Source of the DNA: Podarcis filfolensis | Lineage: Eukaryota | Strand: one strand, 5' to 3' | NCBI GenBank assembly: GCA_964270895.1 | Contig: OZ185446.1 | Length of the DNA: 64,000 nucleotides | Part shown: positions 13,409 to 23,900 of the stretch, one piece after another | Position numbering within the stretch: position 1 is the stretch's first letter | Layout: each line of letters opens with the position of its first letter | The notes under the pieces: generated by a model | What the model was told of the DNA's origin: nothing | What the model saw: the letters and a program-made list of their open reading frames with translations, nothing else | Database searches by the model: none | Program-made: the position numbers and the translations under genes

Positions 13409-13462
13409 ACTCTGAAGAACTTCTTAACTTCTTAAAGTGTATCTGTAACTTCTTAAAGTGGT

Positions 13463-14358
13463 TGTTGTTGTTTAGTCATTTAGTTGTGTCCTCCCGCAGT
13501 TTGGTCAGACTCATGTTTGTAGCTTCGAGAACACTGTCCAACCATCTCGTCCTCTGTTGTCCCCTTATCCTTGTGCCCTCCATCTTTCCCAACATCAGGG
13601 TCTTTTCCAGGGAGTCTTCTCTTCTCATGAGGTGGCCAAAGTATTGGAGCCTCAGCTTCACGATCTGTCCTTCCAGTGAGCACTCAGGGCTGATTTCCTG
13701 AAGAATGGAGAGGTTTGATCTTCTTGCAGTCCATGGGACTCTCAAGAGTCTCCTCCAGCACCATAATTCAAAAGCATCAATTGTTCGGCGATCAGCCTTC
13801 TTTATGGTCCAGCTCTCACTTCCATACATCACTACTAGGAAAACCATAGCTTTAACTATAGGGACCTTTGATGGCAAGGTGATGTCTCTGCTTTTTAAGA
13901 TGCTGTCTAGGTGTCAGGGAACTGACATCGGAGCCAGGAGTGGAGGCAAGGCTCCCAAGCGATGCCGGAAAAGGGCCCAGCAGGGAGAGAGCGGACTCAT
14001 CGGCTGGGGAAGGAAATCAGCGTAACACCAGGGATAAAGGGGGGCGGATGGGGGAATCGGAGAGGGGGCTCCAGGACTCTTCGCCGGAGACCAGCGGGGA
14101 GAGCACAGGTCCTCCGCTACCCACACCCACCCTGCGCAGAAGACTTCCGCGCAGGGAAAGTAGGCGTAGACTTGGCGTCAAAGAACTTCTTTGCTGGAAG
14201 AAGTTCAAGAAACGCCCACTGACGGATTCTGCTAGCGACTGAAACAGCCACGAAGTGAAGGGCTGTCCAGCCAGGAAAAGGTTTAACCAGGCAACCTCGC
14301 CAAGAGTGGCGGCAACTTATGCACGAGCAACCCCATATAACCATTACACTAGGTTTGT
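13463..14358 (-). mobile_element. RTE-BovB LINE 3' fragment, 5'-truncated and interrupted by a solo LTR
   Basis: ORF 13476-13877 has the BovB C-terminus (KAMVFLVVMYGSESWTIKKADRR.IDAFELWCWRRLLRVPWTARRSNLSIL...LQYFGHLMRREDSLEKTLMLGK). (CAA)n tail at about 13461-13471. TSD cttaaagtggt at 13452-13462 and 14359-14369. About 55-60 bp of the 3' end appears deleted near 13490. Confidence 0.93.
13912..14348. mobile_element. Solo LTR (437 bp) inserted into the BovB fragment
   Basis: TG...CA ends (tgtcaggga...ccattaca) with a 5-bp TSD ctagg at 13907-13911 and 14349-14353. BovB sequence resumes (tttgtc) right after the right TSD. GC- and CpG-rich relative to flanks. Confidence 0.88.
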
Positions 14359-16949
14359 CTTAAAGTGGTAGCATAGTGCTTAAAATGTATCGTGTGAATG
14401 TATGTGGCCTTTCAGAGCTTTCTGCAGCCGCAGTTGGTTGGGTTCCATGCCATTTCTAACGGAGAAGGGTAAACTGCCTCTGCTCTGATCCAGGCAGGTT
14501 CCTTGAGAGAACCAGCCTATAGGTCAAAATTTCCCTGCCCTTGAACCAAGGAAACTGGTATAACTGGATCCGTGCCTTTCATTGTTGATAAACAAAACAC
14601 AGTCTCTTGATTGCTCAAACAATTAAAGGCCTTCCTTATTAGCTGTTTGTTTTTTCTAAATCTTATATTGAGTGCCTCCCACATACTCCTTTTTTGTTTT
14701 TGCTGCTTCTCTGACAGCACCAAACCAGCCAGAGTTACAGGATGTCTGGGGTCTGTGTTCCGGGTTTTCTTTTTCTAATGTGAGCACAAAGTCTCAGTGT
14801 GTGTACTTGCAGAACAAATTCCAGTTTGTCTGCAAGAGAGAATGAAAACAAAGATTAGGAGCCAAAGCTGTGTGTGATGGGTGTACGTGCCCACACAGGA
14901 GCGTGTGGGATTTGGGTTGTGGGTTGAATTTGAGTTTAAATTCGGTTTCTTGGTCTTTGGGGAATCCTGCTTTAATTCTAGCCTTAAAAAGCAATTTTTA
15001 AGTGTAGCATGCCTGCCCGCATAGTGTTGTTGTTGTGGGTTTTTTTAAAAACAGATGCTGTGTTGGATTGCTGGCAAAGACAAACGGGATCACAGTCCTG
15101 GCTCCCTGGGGAAACAACAAAGGCAGTGGGAGACCCCCTCCTTTGGCTCAAAATTGGCACAAAAACTGCTTTATGGAATCTGGTGGATATGGTTGTGGGA
15201 AAGGTCTGTGCAACCATGTGATGAGGAACTCAAGTGAATCAAAAACAGGAAGGTCTAGCAGCGTCCTAAAGTCTAACGGATTTATTGTTGCAGAAGCTTT
15301 TGTGGGCCTGGTTCTCTCCAGATGTTGTTGAACTCCAACTCCCTTCGTTCCCGGCCAGCATGCCCAGTGGTTAGTGCTTATGGGAGTTGTAATCCAGCAA
15401 CATTTTGAGAGGCCACATGTTTCTCACCCCTACTCTGTGGACTGGTTTTAACATAGCACTAAACCATGGTTTAGCACGGGGGTGGCTAACCTGTGGATGT
15501 TGTACTCCAGTTATCTGGATGTTGTACTCCAGTTCCCATTTGACCCAGCTAGCATGGCCAATGGTCAGTGGCAATGGGAACTGGAGTCCAGCATTAGTTG
15601 GAGAAGGCCCCATCTCTCGTCTTGAGCCTCGTTCATCAGACAAATGAAGGGTATTCTCAGTTAACACCAGCAGAGGTGATCATCCCGTCATCTTCAGTCC
15701 TAGTATCTTATATTCAGCCACTTTGTACTGTTTAGTGGCTAATGATAGTCATTGATAGCCCTGTCCTCCATTAACTTGACTTTAAAATGTGATCAATCAT
15801 CATTCCCACTCTGCTCAGTTCACCACTTCCCAGGGAGATCAAAATGCAGAAGGGTTGTGTTGGAACAGCATATTTAGACTGTCCCAGGGCCCGTTTCAAT
15901 TGCCCAGTCTTGTGATGCCTTGATGGAGAGTGAGTGGGGAGGCATTATTCACTTTTTATGACTGCCAAGAAGGATTCATGGCTATAGACATAGTGATAAT
16001 CACTTTATATTTATATAGTGTCAGACATCCAGTGGGAATCCCAAGTCCCTATACAAACATCATACAAGCCTTGGATCATTAGGCCTCTGCTTTACAAACA
16101 CCACGGGGTTTTCGATGCTTTAACCTCTAATAATGATTGCTCCCAGGTAGAAGATTCCTAAGCTGCAGCAACTTATTATAAATGGGAAACTCCCCTGTAA
16201 TAATCCTAGCAAACCTCAGCATTTTGCTCTTTGCGACGGACCCTGGGGAGCATTCCAGAGTGCAGATGCTCCAGTTCTGAACTTCAGTGAGTGTTGTTTT
16301 AACACAAAGAGAGATTATTTATTGCCTAAGACTACTGTGAAAGAATTTCCCTGGAGGCTAAACCTGGTGTGCTCTCTGAATTTCTCTCTCTCTGTCTCTC
16401 GAGCTCCTATTTCTAAATAAAATATATATTACAACTGCTTGGAGAGAGAGAAAAACCAACAACCCAGTTTCCTCTAAAGAATAAATAAATGTATCTTAAC
16501 AGCGCACATAATTTTTTCCAGTGGCTGAGCCAAGAAAATACATTTTGTTCCAGTATGGTTCTATGGTCCCTTCCTGAGCATTGCTCCAGTTGGATGTTTG
16601 GAGGAAGAACCTGCACCAAGTGCTATGTAGTCTTCCCAACCCCGTTGTCCATGGTGTGGTGAGGGTACTAGGACATGTACCCATTGTCATGAATTCATTG
16701 GCTCCCTCCATGTGTAAGCAATGAGTGGGGGTCAGTGCTGACACAGTCATTTACTAGTTGCACTGGTACTTGTTCCAAGGATGCTGTGAGCATGCTTGCC
16801 ATTTTTTTGTGCCGGTTTTTGTTTTACTTCCTGGCTGTGTGGTTTTCAGATGTTCCTTCCTAGACTGAAGATGCGTGTGATATGGTGACTGCTGTACTGG
16901 CCTAGCAATAGTAGCACAGTTCTGTATCCAGGACAGCTGTCTACCAGCT

Positions 16950-17550
16950 CCATCTGGTATGCAGGCTGAGACCCTACCTTGCCAGAGTGGTGCATGCTCT
17001 AGTTATCTCCCGCTTGGACTACTGCAATGCGCTCTACGTGGGGCTACCTTTGAAGCTGACCTGGAAACTACAACTAATCCAGAATGCGGCAGCTAGACTA
17101 GTGACTGGGAGCGACTGCCGAGACCACATAACACCGGTCTTGAAAGACCTACATTGGCTCCCAGTACATTTCCGAGAACAATTCAAAGTGTTGGTGTTGA
17201 CCTTTAAAGCCCTAAACGGCCTTGGTCCAGTATACCTGAAGGAGCATCTCCACCCACATTGCTCTGCCCAGACACTGAGATCCAGTGGCGAGGGCCTTCT
17301 GGAGGTTCCCTCACTGCAAGAAGCAGAGCTACAGGGAACCAGGCAGAGGGCCTTCTCGGAACGCCCTCCCATCAGATGTCAAAGAGATAAACAGATACCT
17401 GACATTTAGAAGGCATCTGAAGGCAGCCCTGTTTAGGGAAGTTTTTAACGTGTGGCATGTATTTTTAATCTTTGTTGGAAGCCACCTAGAGTGGCTGGGG
17501 AAATTCAGCCAGATGGGCAGGGTACAAATAATAAATTATTGTTGTTGTTG
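16950..17550 (+). mobile_element. L2-clade LINE 3' fragment
   Basis: ORF 16987-17409 (VHALVISRLDYCNALYVGLPLKLTWKLQLIQNAAARLVTG...DHITPVLKDLHWLPV...FKVLVLTFKALNGLGPVYLKEHL) is the typical L2 ORF2 C-terminus. It is followed by a 3' UTR and a short-repeat tail. Confidence 0.92.
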
Positions 17551-18299
17551 TTGGCAGCAATGCGTCTGAGTACCAGTTGAAGGAAACCACAGGGTGGGAG
17601 AGTGCTCTTGTGCCCAGGTCCTGCTTGTAGGTTGCCAGAACAGGACGCTGGACCCAATGGGCCATTGGCCTGATTCAGCAGGCTCTTCTTAAATTCTCTA
17701 CAGATCTCTCTACTCTAGGCATAACTAGAGTAGGAATGCTCAGCCCGGATATCCTGGGGAAACCATCTGTCTTGATGAGAGCTGACAACATCAGTTTCTT
17801 TCCTTTTGCTTAAGCAACAAGAGACATGCATTCCAGGACACAAGGGTGTGGAGAGGGAAGCTTCAGATTTATACATTTTGTAGCAGCTTCTGTTAAGGTA
17901 TAGAATTTCCACCCGAGGCAAGTGGAACAGACCGAGACAAAAGCTAAGCAGTTGTTGTGAAACATGAAGGAATGGCTATAATGCATTTGCGTTGTTATGC
18001 AAGAAAAGTTCCTCAGAAATTTGGGTCAGGGAAGCAGGACTGCAGGAATGCTAGCCGTTCTGCATTATGAACCAAAGGGACAATTGCTTCCGTTCTCGCC
18101 CCACTGTTTTCTCATGGATTCAGTAGTTTTGCTGCCTAGTCAGCACTTTGCACAATAAATGCGTGTTTGTTTCCCACTGTTGCCCCTGCAGTCTGCACAT
18201 CTTCCCCGAAGCAAGCCTCTTGGTTGCTCGGATGTCACAAAACTTGGCACACTATTTGGTACTTGCAGGAATGTGGTGCTTTTTGCAAAGTAGCTATTG

Positions 18300-18520
18300 T
18301 AATCTGTGTGACTTTGGACTTGGGTATCTGAAGGAATGCCTGCTGCCATGGGAGCCTGCCCAGCAATTGTATTCATCATCAGAGACCCTTTCCGAGGCAC
18401 CTCTGCCATAAGAGGCTTGGCTAATAACAATTTTGGAGAGGGCCTTTTTGGTGGTGGTGCCCCAGATTTGGAACAATCTCTCCCCGAGGATGCTTGCCTA
18501 GAAACTGAGAGGTAAGCAGA
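18300..18520 (+). mobile_element. Old L2 ORF2 remnant
   Basis: Translates GLGYLKECLLPWEPAQQLYSSSE, similar to L2 GLGPxYLKExLxPxxPARxLRSS. Followed by gagggcctttttggtggtggtgccc...tggaacaatctctcccc. Confidence 0.6.
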
Positions 18521-18628
18521 AAACCACTCAGACCCATGCTTTCTAGGCATGGGCCAAGCAGAAGTGTGGGCGAGCCCTAAATTGGGGCCATAATGAGGGC
18601 AAAGGGTTAAGACTACCCCCTCCCTCCC

Positions 18629-18676
<48 letters not shown>

Positions 18677-19490
18677 CCTGGCTGCCCTCTTCCTTTTGGC
18701 AGATTGTGTTTTTTATAAAGCCTGCACTTAATGGTACAGATACAGTGTGTGGACACATCATCTGGTTTGACCCTGGGGCTGCAGTTCTAGAGTCTTACCT
18801 GGCAGTAAATGCCACTGAAAACTATTTATTCCAGATCAGGAATGAGGAACCTGGTGCCCTCTGGGGTTGCTGGACTCCTGTCAGCCCCAGGCAGTCGGGG
18901 ACTATGGGGTTTGTAGTCCAGCAATACCTAGAGAGCTGCAGGTTCCCCACCTCTGTTCCAGAACGATGCCATGAGTGTATATGGCAGTAACCAGGAATAG
19001 GGGATTTCAGAAATGTGGTCTCTTATGCTAACAAACACTTGGATTCAGGCTTATTTCCATTCTGAAGGTGAAAGGGAGATAAAATAAGAGACAACAAAGA
19101 AGTGGAAGAATTGGGTATCCTTAGAAGTAATATTTTCAAGTGTAAGAACTTGTGGATTCTTTGGTACCACATATTTAAAGCAAAGCACACTGGCACAGGA
19201 CTTGGAAGCTTTGTAAGTTGAAAATGATTTCATATGCTGCAGATTCTTTTAGCTTTTAAAACCCAGACTTGGCTGCTGAACAATTATGTCATCAGCTCCT
19301 CGAATCCAAGTCTACTCCTACATCCCGGCTTTCTAAGCCCAGTAGAGCCAGAAGCATGCATGTATTTCGGCTAAATGAGATGCACGTGAACAGATATTTC
19401 TTGTAAACTAACTGGGGCTCGATTGAATTAGCATTTTGTTTGCTGTTCAGAACTTTCCTAATCTGCGCCCCTAACGTATCTACCCAAATA

Positions 19491-19708
19491 CAGTGGTACC
19501 TCGGGTTACAGACGCTTCAGGTCCGCTAACCCAGAAATAGTACCTCGGGTTAAGAACTTTGCTTCAGGATGAGAACAGAAGCCGCACAGTGGTGCCGCAG
19601 CGGCAGCAGGAGGCCCCATTAGCTAAAGTGGTGCTTCAGGTTAAGAACAGTTTCAGGTTAAGAACGGACCTCCGTAACTAATTAAGTACGTAACCAGAGG
19701 TACCACTG
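19491..19708 (+). mobile_element. Tc1/mariner (Tigger-like) MITE, family A
   Basis: TIRs cagtggtacctc...gaggtaccactg with TA / TG (mutated TA) flanks. Confidence 0.9.
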
Positions 19709-20581
19709 TGCATTTCAGTGGGTTGGATCCAGACTGTGCATGTTTACTCAGTAGTTTCCTGTCCAAGTTAAGCCTTGCTTGAGCAACAAAGGCCTTACCC
19801 TGTGGTCCTGAATCCTTTGGTTGGCCTTTGGTTCTCCTGACCCTTAGGCTTTGTCGACAGCTCCTGATTCCAACTGCAGCACAGACTGCTGCCCACAGCC
19901 CAGCCTTGGCAAATTCATGTAAAATAGAATCTATTTGTGGATGGCAAGATAGACAGCCTTCAGACTTGGCCTTTGTCTCTTCTCTGTCAGAAGCCAGTGG
20001 GAATTGCTAAGCCAGTGTGGCAAACTGGACTTGGACTGAGGAGATCTGGGTTCATTTCTAGTATACCACGTAGCCTCCTGGACTAATCAGGATCTTGTGT
20101 GATGAAGCTTTTTCTTCAGCTAAAAAAGATTGACTAATTTCTCAGAGATAGCTAGCCAGGGTGTATGAGCAAATTCCTGTCTGACTCTTATATAGTCTAG
20201 GCAAGTATATACTGGTGCGTGCTGAACAAAGCCATTTGTTAACTCGCGTGTCACTGTTGGAACTGATGAGCGGTTGACAGGTACTTATTGGAAGAAGAGA
20301 GGAATGCCATGAAAGCCTTTTTAATAATAAGATAGATATATAAACCTTGTCATTTGGATGATTTGGTACCAAATAGCTGGGCTCCCCCACCCCCACAGGC
20401 TACAGTAGAGGTTTTGCTATGCTATCAAGCTTGCAATGTGCTGTCAACTTTGATTCTTAAATAGTGCCAGAGAAAGCTCAGGCTTAAGAGTGTATCTCTC
20501 TCACTGTGTGTGTGTATTTAGCATGTACTCTCCCTCTCCCTTGCAAAGGGTCTGAACATACTAACTAGTCTTTTTGTGTGC

Positions 20582-20582
20582 C

Positions 20583-20629
<47 letters not shown>

Positions 20630-20907
20630 TTATTATTTATACCCCACCCATCTGGCCAGCCACTCTGGGCGGCTTCCAACAAAACACTAAAATACAGTAA
20701 CCTATTAAACATTAAAAGCTTCCCTAAACAGGGCTGCCTTCAGATGTCTTCTAAAAGTTTGGTAGTTATTTTTCTCTTTGACATATGGTGGGAGGGCATT
20801 CCACAGGGCGGGTGCCACTACCGAGAAGGCCCTCTGCCTGGTCCCCTGTAACTTGGCTTCTTACAGCAAGGGAACCGCCAGAAGGCCCTCGGCACCGGAC
20901 CTCAGTG
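20582..20907 (-). mobile_element. L2-clade LINE 3' end with (AAT)n/(TTA)n tail
   Basis: cagccactctgggcggcttcc...cagggctgccttcagatgtcttctaaa...gagaaggccctctgcctggtccc is the reverse complement of the 3' part of the 16950-17550 element. Confidence 0.88.
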
Positions 20908-23900
20908 AAGGGAGGAAGGCTGCTGGCAAAGTGGCGTGGCTCCCTCCCTCACCCAGGAAGCAGCTTACCATGGGTGGCTCGCTCCACCCCCTATGGATGC
21001 TCTCCCTGCCCCATGGCTCCCACCCCTGGGGCATGTGTGCCACTCCGGGTGCCAGAGCAGCTAGCTCTGCCTCTGGTTGGACTAGATGATCCTCAGAGTT
21101 CCTTCCAACTCTGTGATTCTATAAGATAGATCAAAACTTTCTTCCCTGTGTAAGTCATTTGTGTTCCATCTGAAGCATTTTCCTTGGGTTTAATTGGATG
21201 TTCTGACTTTGAACTTTGGGGGGGGGACCTTTCGTTTTCATTTAGCTGACACATGGGAAGGTTGCAGTGAGGTCTAACAACAGAGCAACCTTTTTTGGGA
21301 GAACTTAGACAGTAGAGTCCCACTCCATCCCCCAATTTCAGCTAACACTCAAAATTGCAGTTGTGTGCTTTAGAGTGTTACTTACAGAACTGGTGTATCT
21401 TTTGATTAACCAGGTCACTTTAAGAAAGTAAAGCTAGGAGGGAAATAACAGATCCAAATACAAGGGACATTGCTGAATTTTGAAAACAGCTTTTATTCTT
21501 TTCCACCCCATACCTCATTTTCAATATATTATCCCTATTAAATAGCGATCTTCATTTCTTTACAGCTTATCTCTGTGTGTTTCTTATTTCCAGTAAGTCA
21601 TAATCGGCTTATGAGCAATGGAATAATTTCCCCAGCAATATCAGGAAGGAGAAGGACAATGATTTTGGGGAGAGAATCAACAAAAAGTACCGATAGTGGG
21701 TGGGAAAAGCAAGAAACCATTGTTTTTGCATAACTCTGTCTTCTTAATAATGAAGGGGTGGGGACAGAAAATGATGGGCAAATCTTTGGAGCTGCAAGAG
21801 TAATTTTCCAAACATGTCCTTCAAACAGCTTGATGAAAGATCCCAAAAAAACCCCATATGTAGGTGGTAAAAAGGGGCCTCCCTGTCCCCCCCCCAGCAT
21901 TGTTGTTGCTAACCAGCATTTTATATTAGGAAGCTGGAACTCAAGCATGTGTGTACTTCGAGAGATGCAGAAGCCAGGTCGTGAATAGCTTTTGGAAATA
22001 TGTAGCCTTAGGAGTGTGAATTTAAATGTTTCCCCAAATTTCCTTCCGCTTTGTTCTTACTATTGGCACGCCAGGCCTATGAGACTTGGCTGCTATCTCT
22101 GTGCTTATTTGCAAATATTCTTCTTCGCTTCTTTCCACTTGATTGCAACTGCCAAATGCTTGTCTCATTCGATGCCTGCTCTTCATCTAGGCTTCCAGCC
22201 TCAATGTGATGTGATGGCTGAAATGGTTGTGTGACTTTTAATATGCAGCTGCTGAATTTAGCTCTGACCCCCATGTTTCAGCAGAATTGCCATTCCTCAA
22301 AGTTTCCACACCCAAAGCAAGCTCTATCAGGAAATCTCTCTTCCCTGCCTCCCCCCCCCCCCCCCGGCAACATAGCCCAATAAAATCCTCATCTGCAGGA
22401 AATATGCATTTGATCCAATTTCCTTCCTAAGCCCTTTCAGAGTCCAGGTCCTTCCTAGTTAAATACCGGTATCTGCATATTTAGATCCTGCCATTGTTTT
22501 CATTAGGTCTCACTTCCATCTCTTAATTCTTGGATGGCAATCAACATTATGATTTTCTCTGTAATGCATCTGGGAATTAGGTGCTTAATATTATTATTAG
22601 GACTGCAAGCTTTAACTGGTTTAATAACTGGATTAGTCAATGAAAGCTTTATTCTGTAGGCCAGAGTTACACTAGAGGGGCTGTTTTGATTCTGTTGGGT
22701 TACTGAACTTATTACTATAAAATCGAATACAGTAGTATCTTACACCTCAGAAATGCACCTATTTTGAGTATTAGGTAATATGCAGATTTATTTAAATATA
22801 ATTTATTGGTTTGCTGGTAAATTTGGGGAAATCAGTTTGCCTAACCAAGTACAAACTGGTTAATAGCCTTAGGCTGCATTCCTAAACACACTTGCCTGGA
22901 AATGAGTTCCATTGAACACAATGGGATTTACTTCTGAGTACGCATGCATGGGATTGCTCTGTGATGTTGAGTGCTAGACTCTTAATACCATGCAATAAAC
23001 CATCTCTAAAAAGACCTTGCCGTTGGTTGGATCAGAGCAAAGATCCAGCTAAGTCCAGCATCCTGTTCACAAGGTGGCCATCCAGTTCCCTGTGCAATAG
23101 TCCTTTTCCTACCATTAGGCGGCGTGAAGTGACCACCTCAGGCAGCACATACTGAAGGGCAGAGATCAGCTGCAAGGCATTGCACTGAGCTCTGTGTTCC
23201 ACGCAACCTGCCTTGCATGCCCTATGTGAGCCTGCCTGCTCCCTCTGCACAGACCCATTGCCAGGACTGGATTGATCTCTGATCCACTCAGCTTCCGTAC
23301 CTGGAATGTGATGTGGGGCACATGTTCCTGTAGTGGGTTGAGCCACTTCAGTGAAACTGTTTTGGAGGGGCGAGACCAGGGGGCTGCTCTTTTGAAATGC
23401 CTCACTTTTGCTTCCTGTGTGTGTGTTTACATATCGTGACTATCCAAAGCTGATAGAATATGCGTACCTGTATAATGCTGAACTGTTTCTGTATCATCAG
23501 AAGCTGGGTTACTGCTTATTAAGCAACAAGCCTTTCTTGTGCTTTTTTTCCTTTAATGGGTCCAGTTCCTGCTATTATTAACGCCTTACTGAATCCCCCT
23601 CGCCAAATTTAATGAACAAATTGGGGAGGTAGGGAGAAAGGAAGCTGGATGACAGGGGATAAAATACTGAGAAGTTTCGGTACAGGGCTTGGCAGGAATG
23701 CTGAAGAGAAAAGGTGAAGGATATTCAGATGTATGATCTGGAAGATACTTTATCCATTATACATCACGCAGGTGTATAATGTGGGGGACTTTCTCCTGCA
23801 AGTCCCAAAGATCTCAGAAGCCCACTCTACGTGAAGTGTGGCTGCCCCTATTCTGTGGAATAGCATTGCTGTTGAGATTCGGCAGGTGCCCACGGCCTGC

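Larger units (their letters stand above)
13121..13420 (-). mobile_element. Penelope-like element pseudo-LTR / retrozyme-like partial tandem repeat
   Basis: A 100-bp direct repeat (13121-13220 vs 13311-13410) with a 190-bp period, each copy carrying a hammerhead motif. A short inverted stub (tctgaagaa, 13411-13419) follows. Partial tandem pLTRs with hammerheads are an established feature of Penelope-like elements. Confidence 0.75.
12859..14410. mobile_element. Palindromic non-autonomous DNA element (MITE) split by the PLE-like, BovB and LTR insertions
   Basis: Left arm (cactttaaacagtcatgccttcccccaaagaattatgggagctgtagtttg) is the reverse complement of the right arm (caaaccacagtgcccagaattctttggcggaagccatgccttcttaaagtg, resuming as gtagcatagtgcttaaaatg at 14368). 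Outer boundaries are approximate. Confidence 0.7.

Noticed and set aside
13914-14344. Overlapping GC-rich ORFs (63-106 aa) as a nested gene
   Set aside because: They lie inside a solo LTR defined by TG/CA ends and a TSD, and long ORFs are expected by chance in GC-rich sequence.
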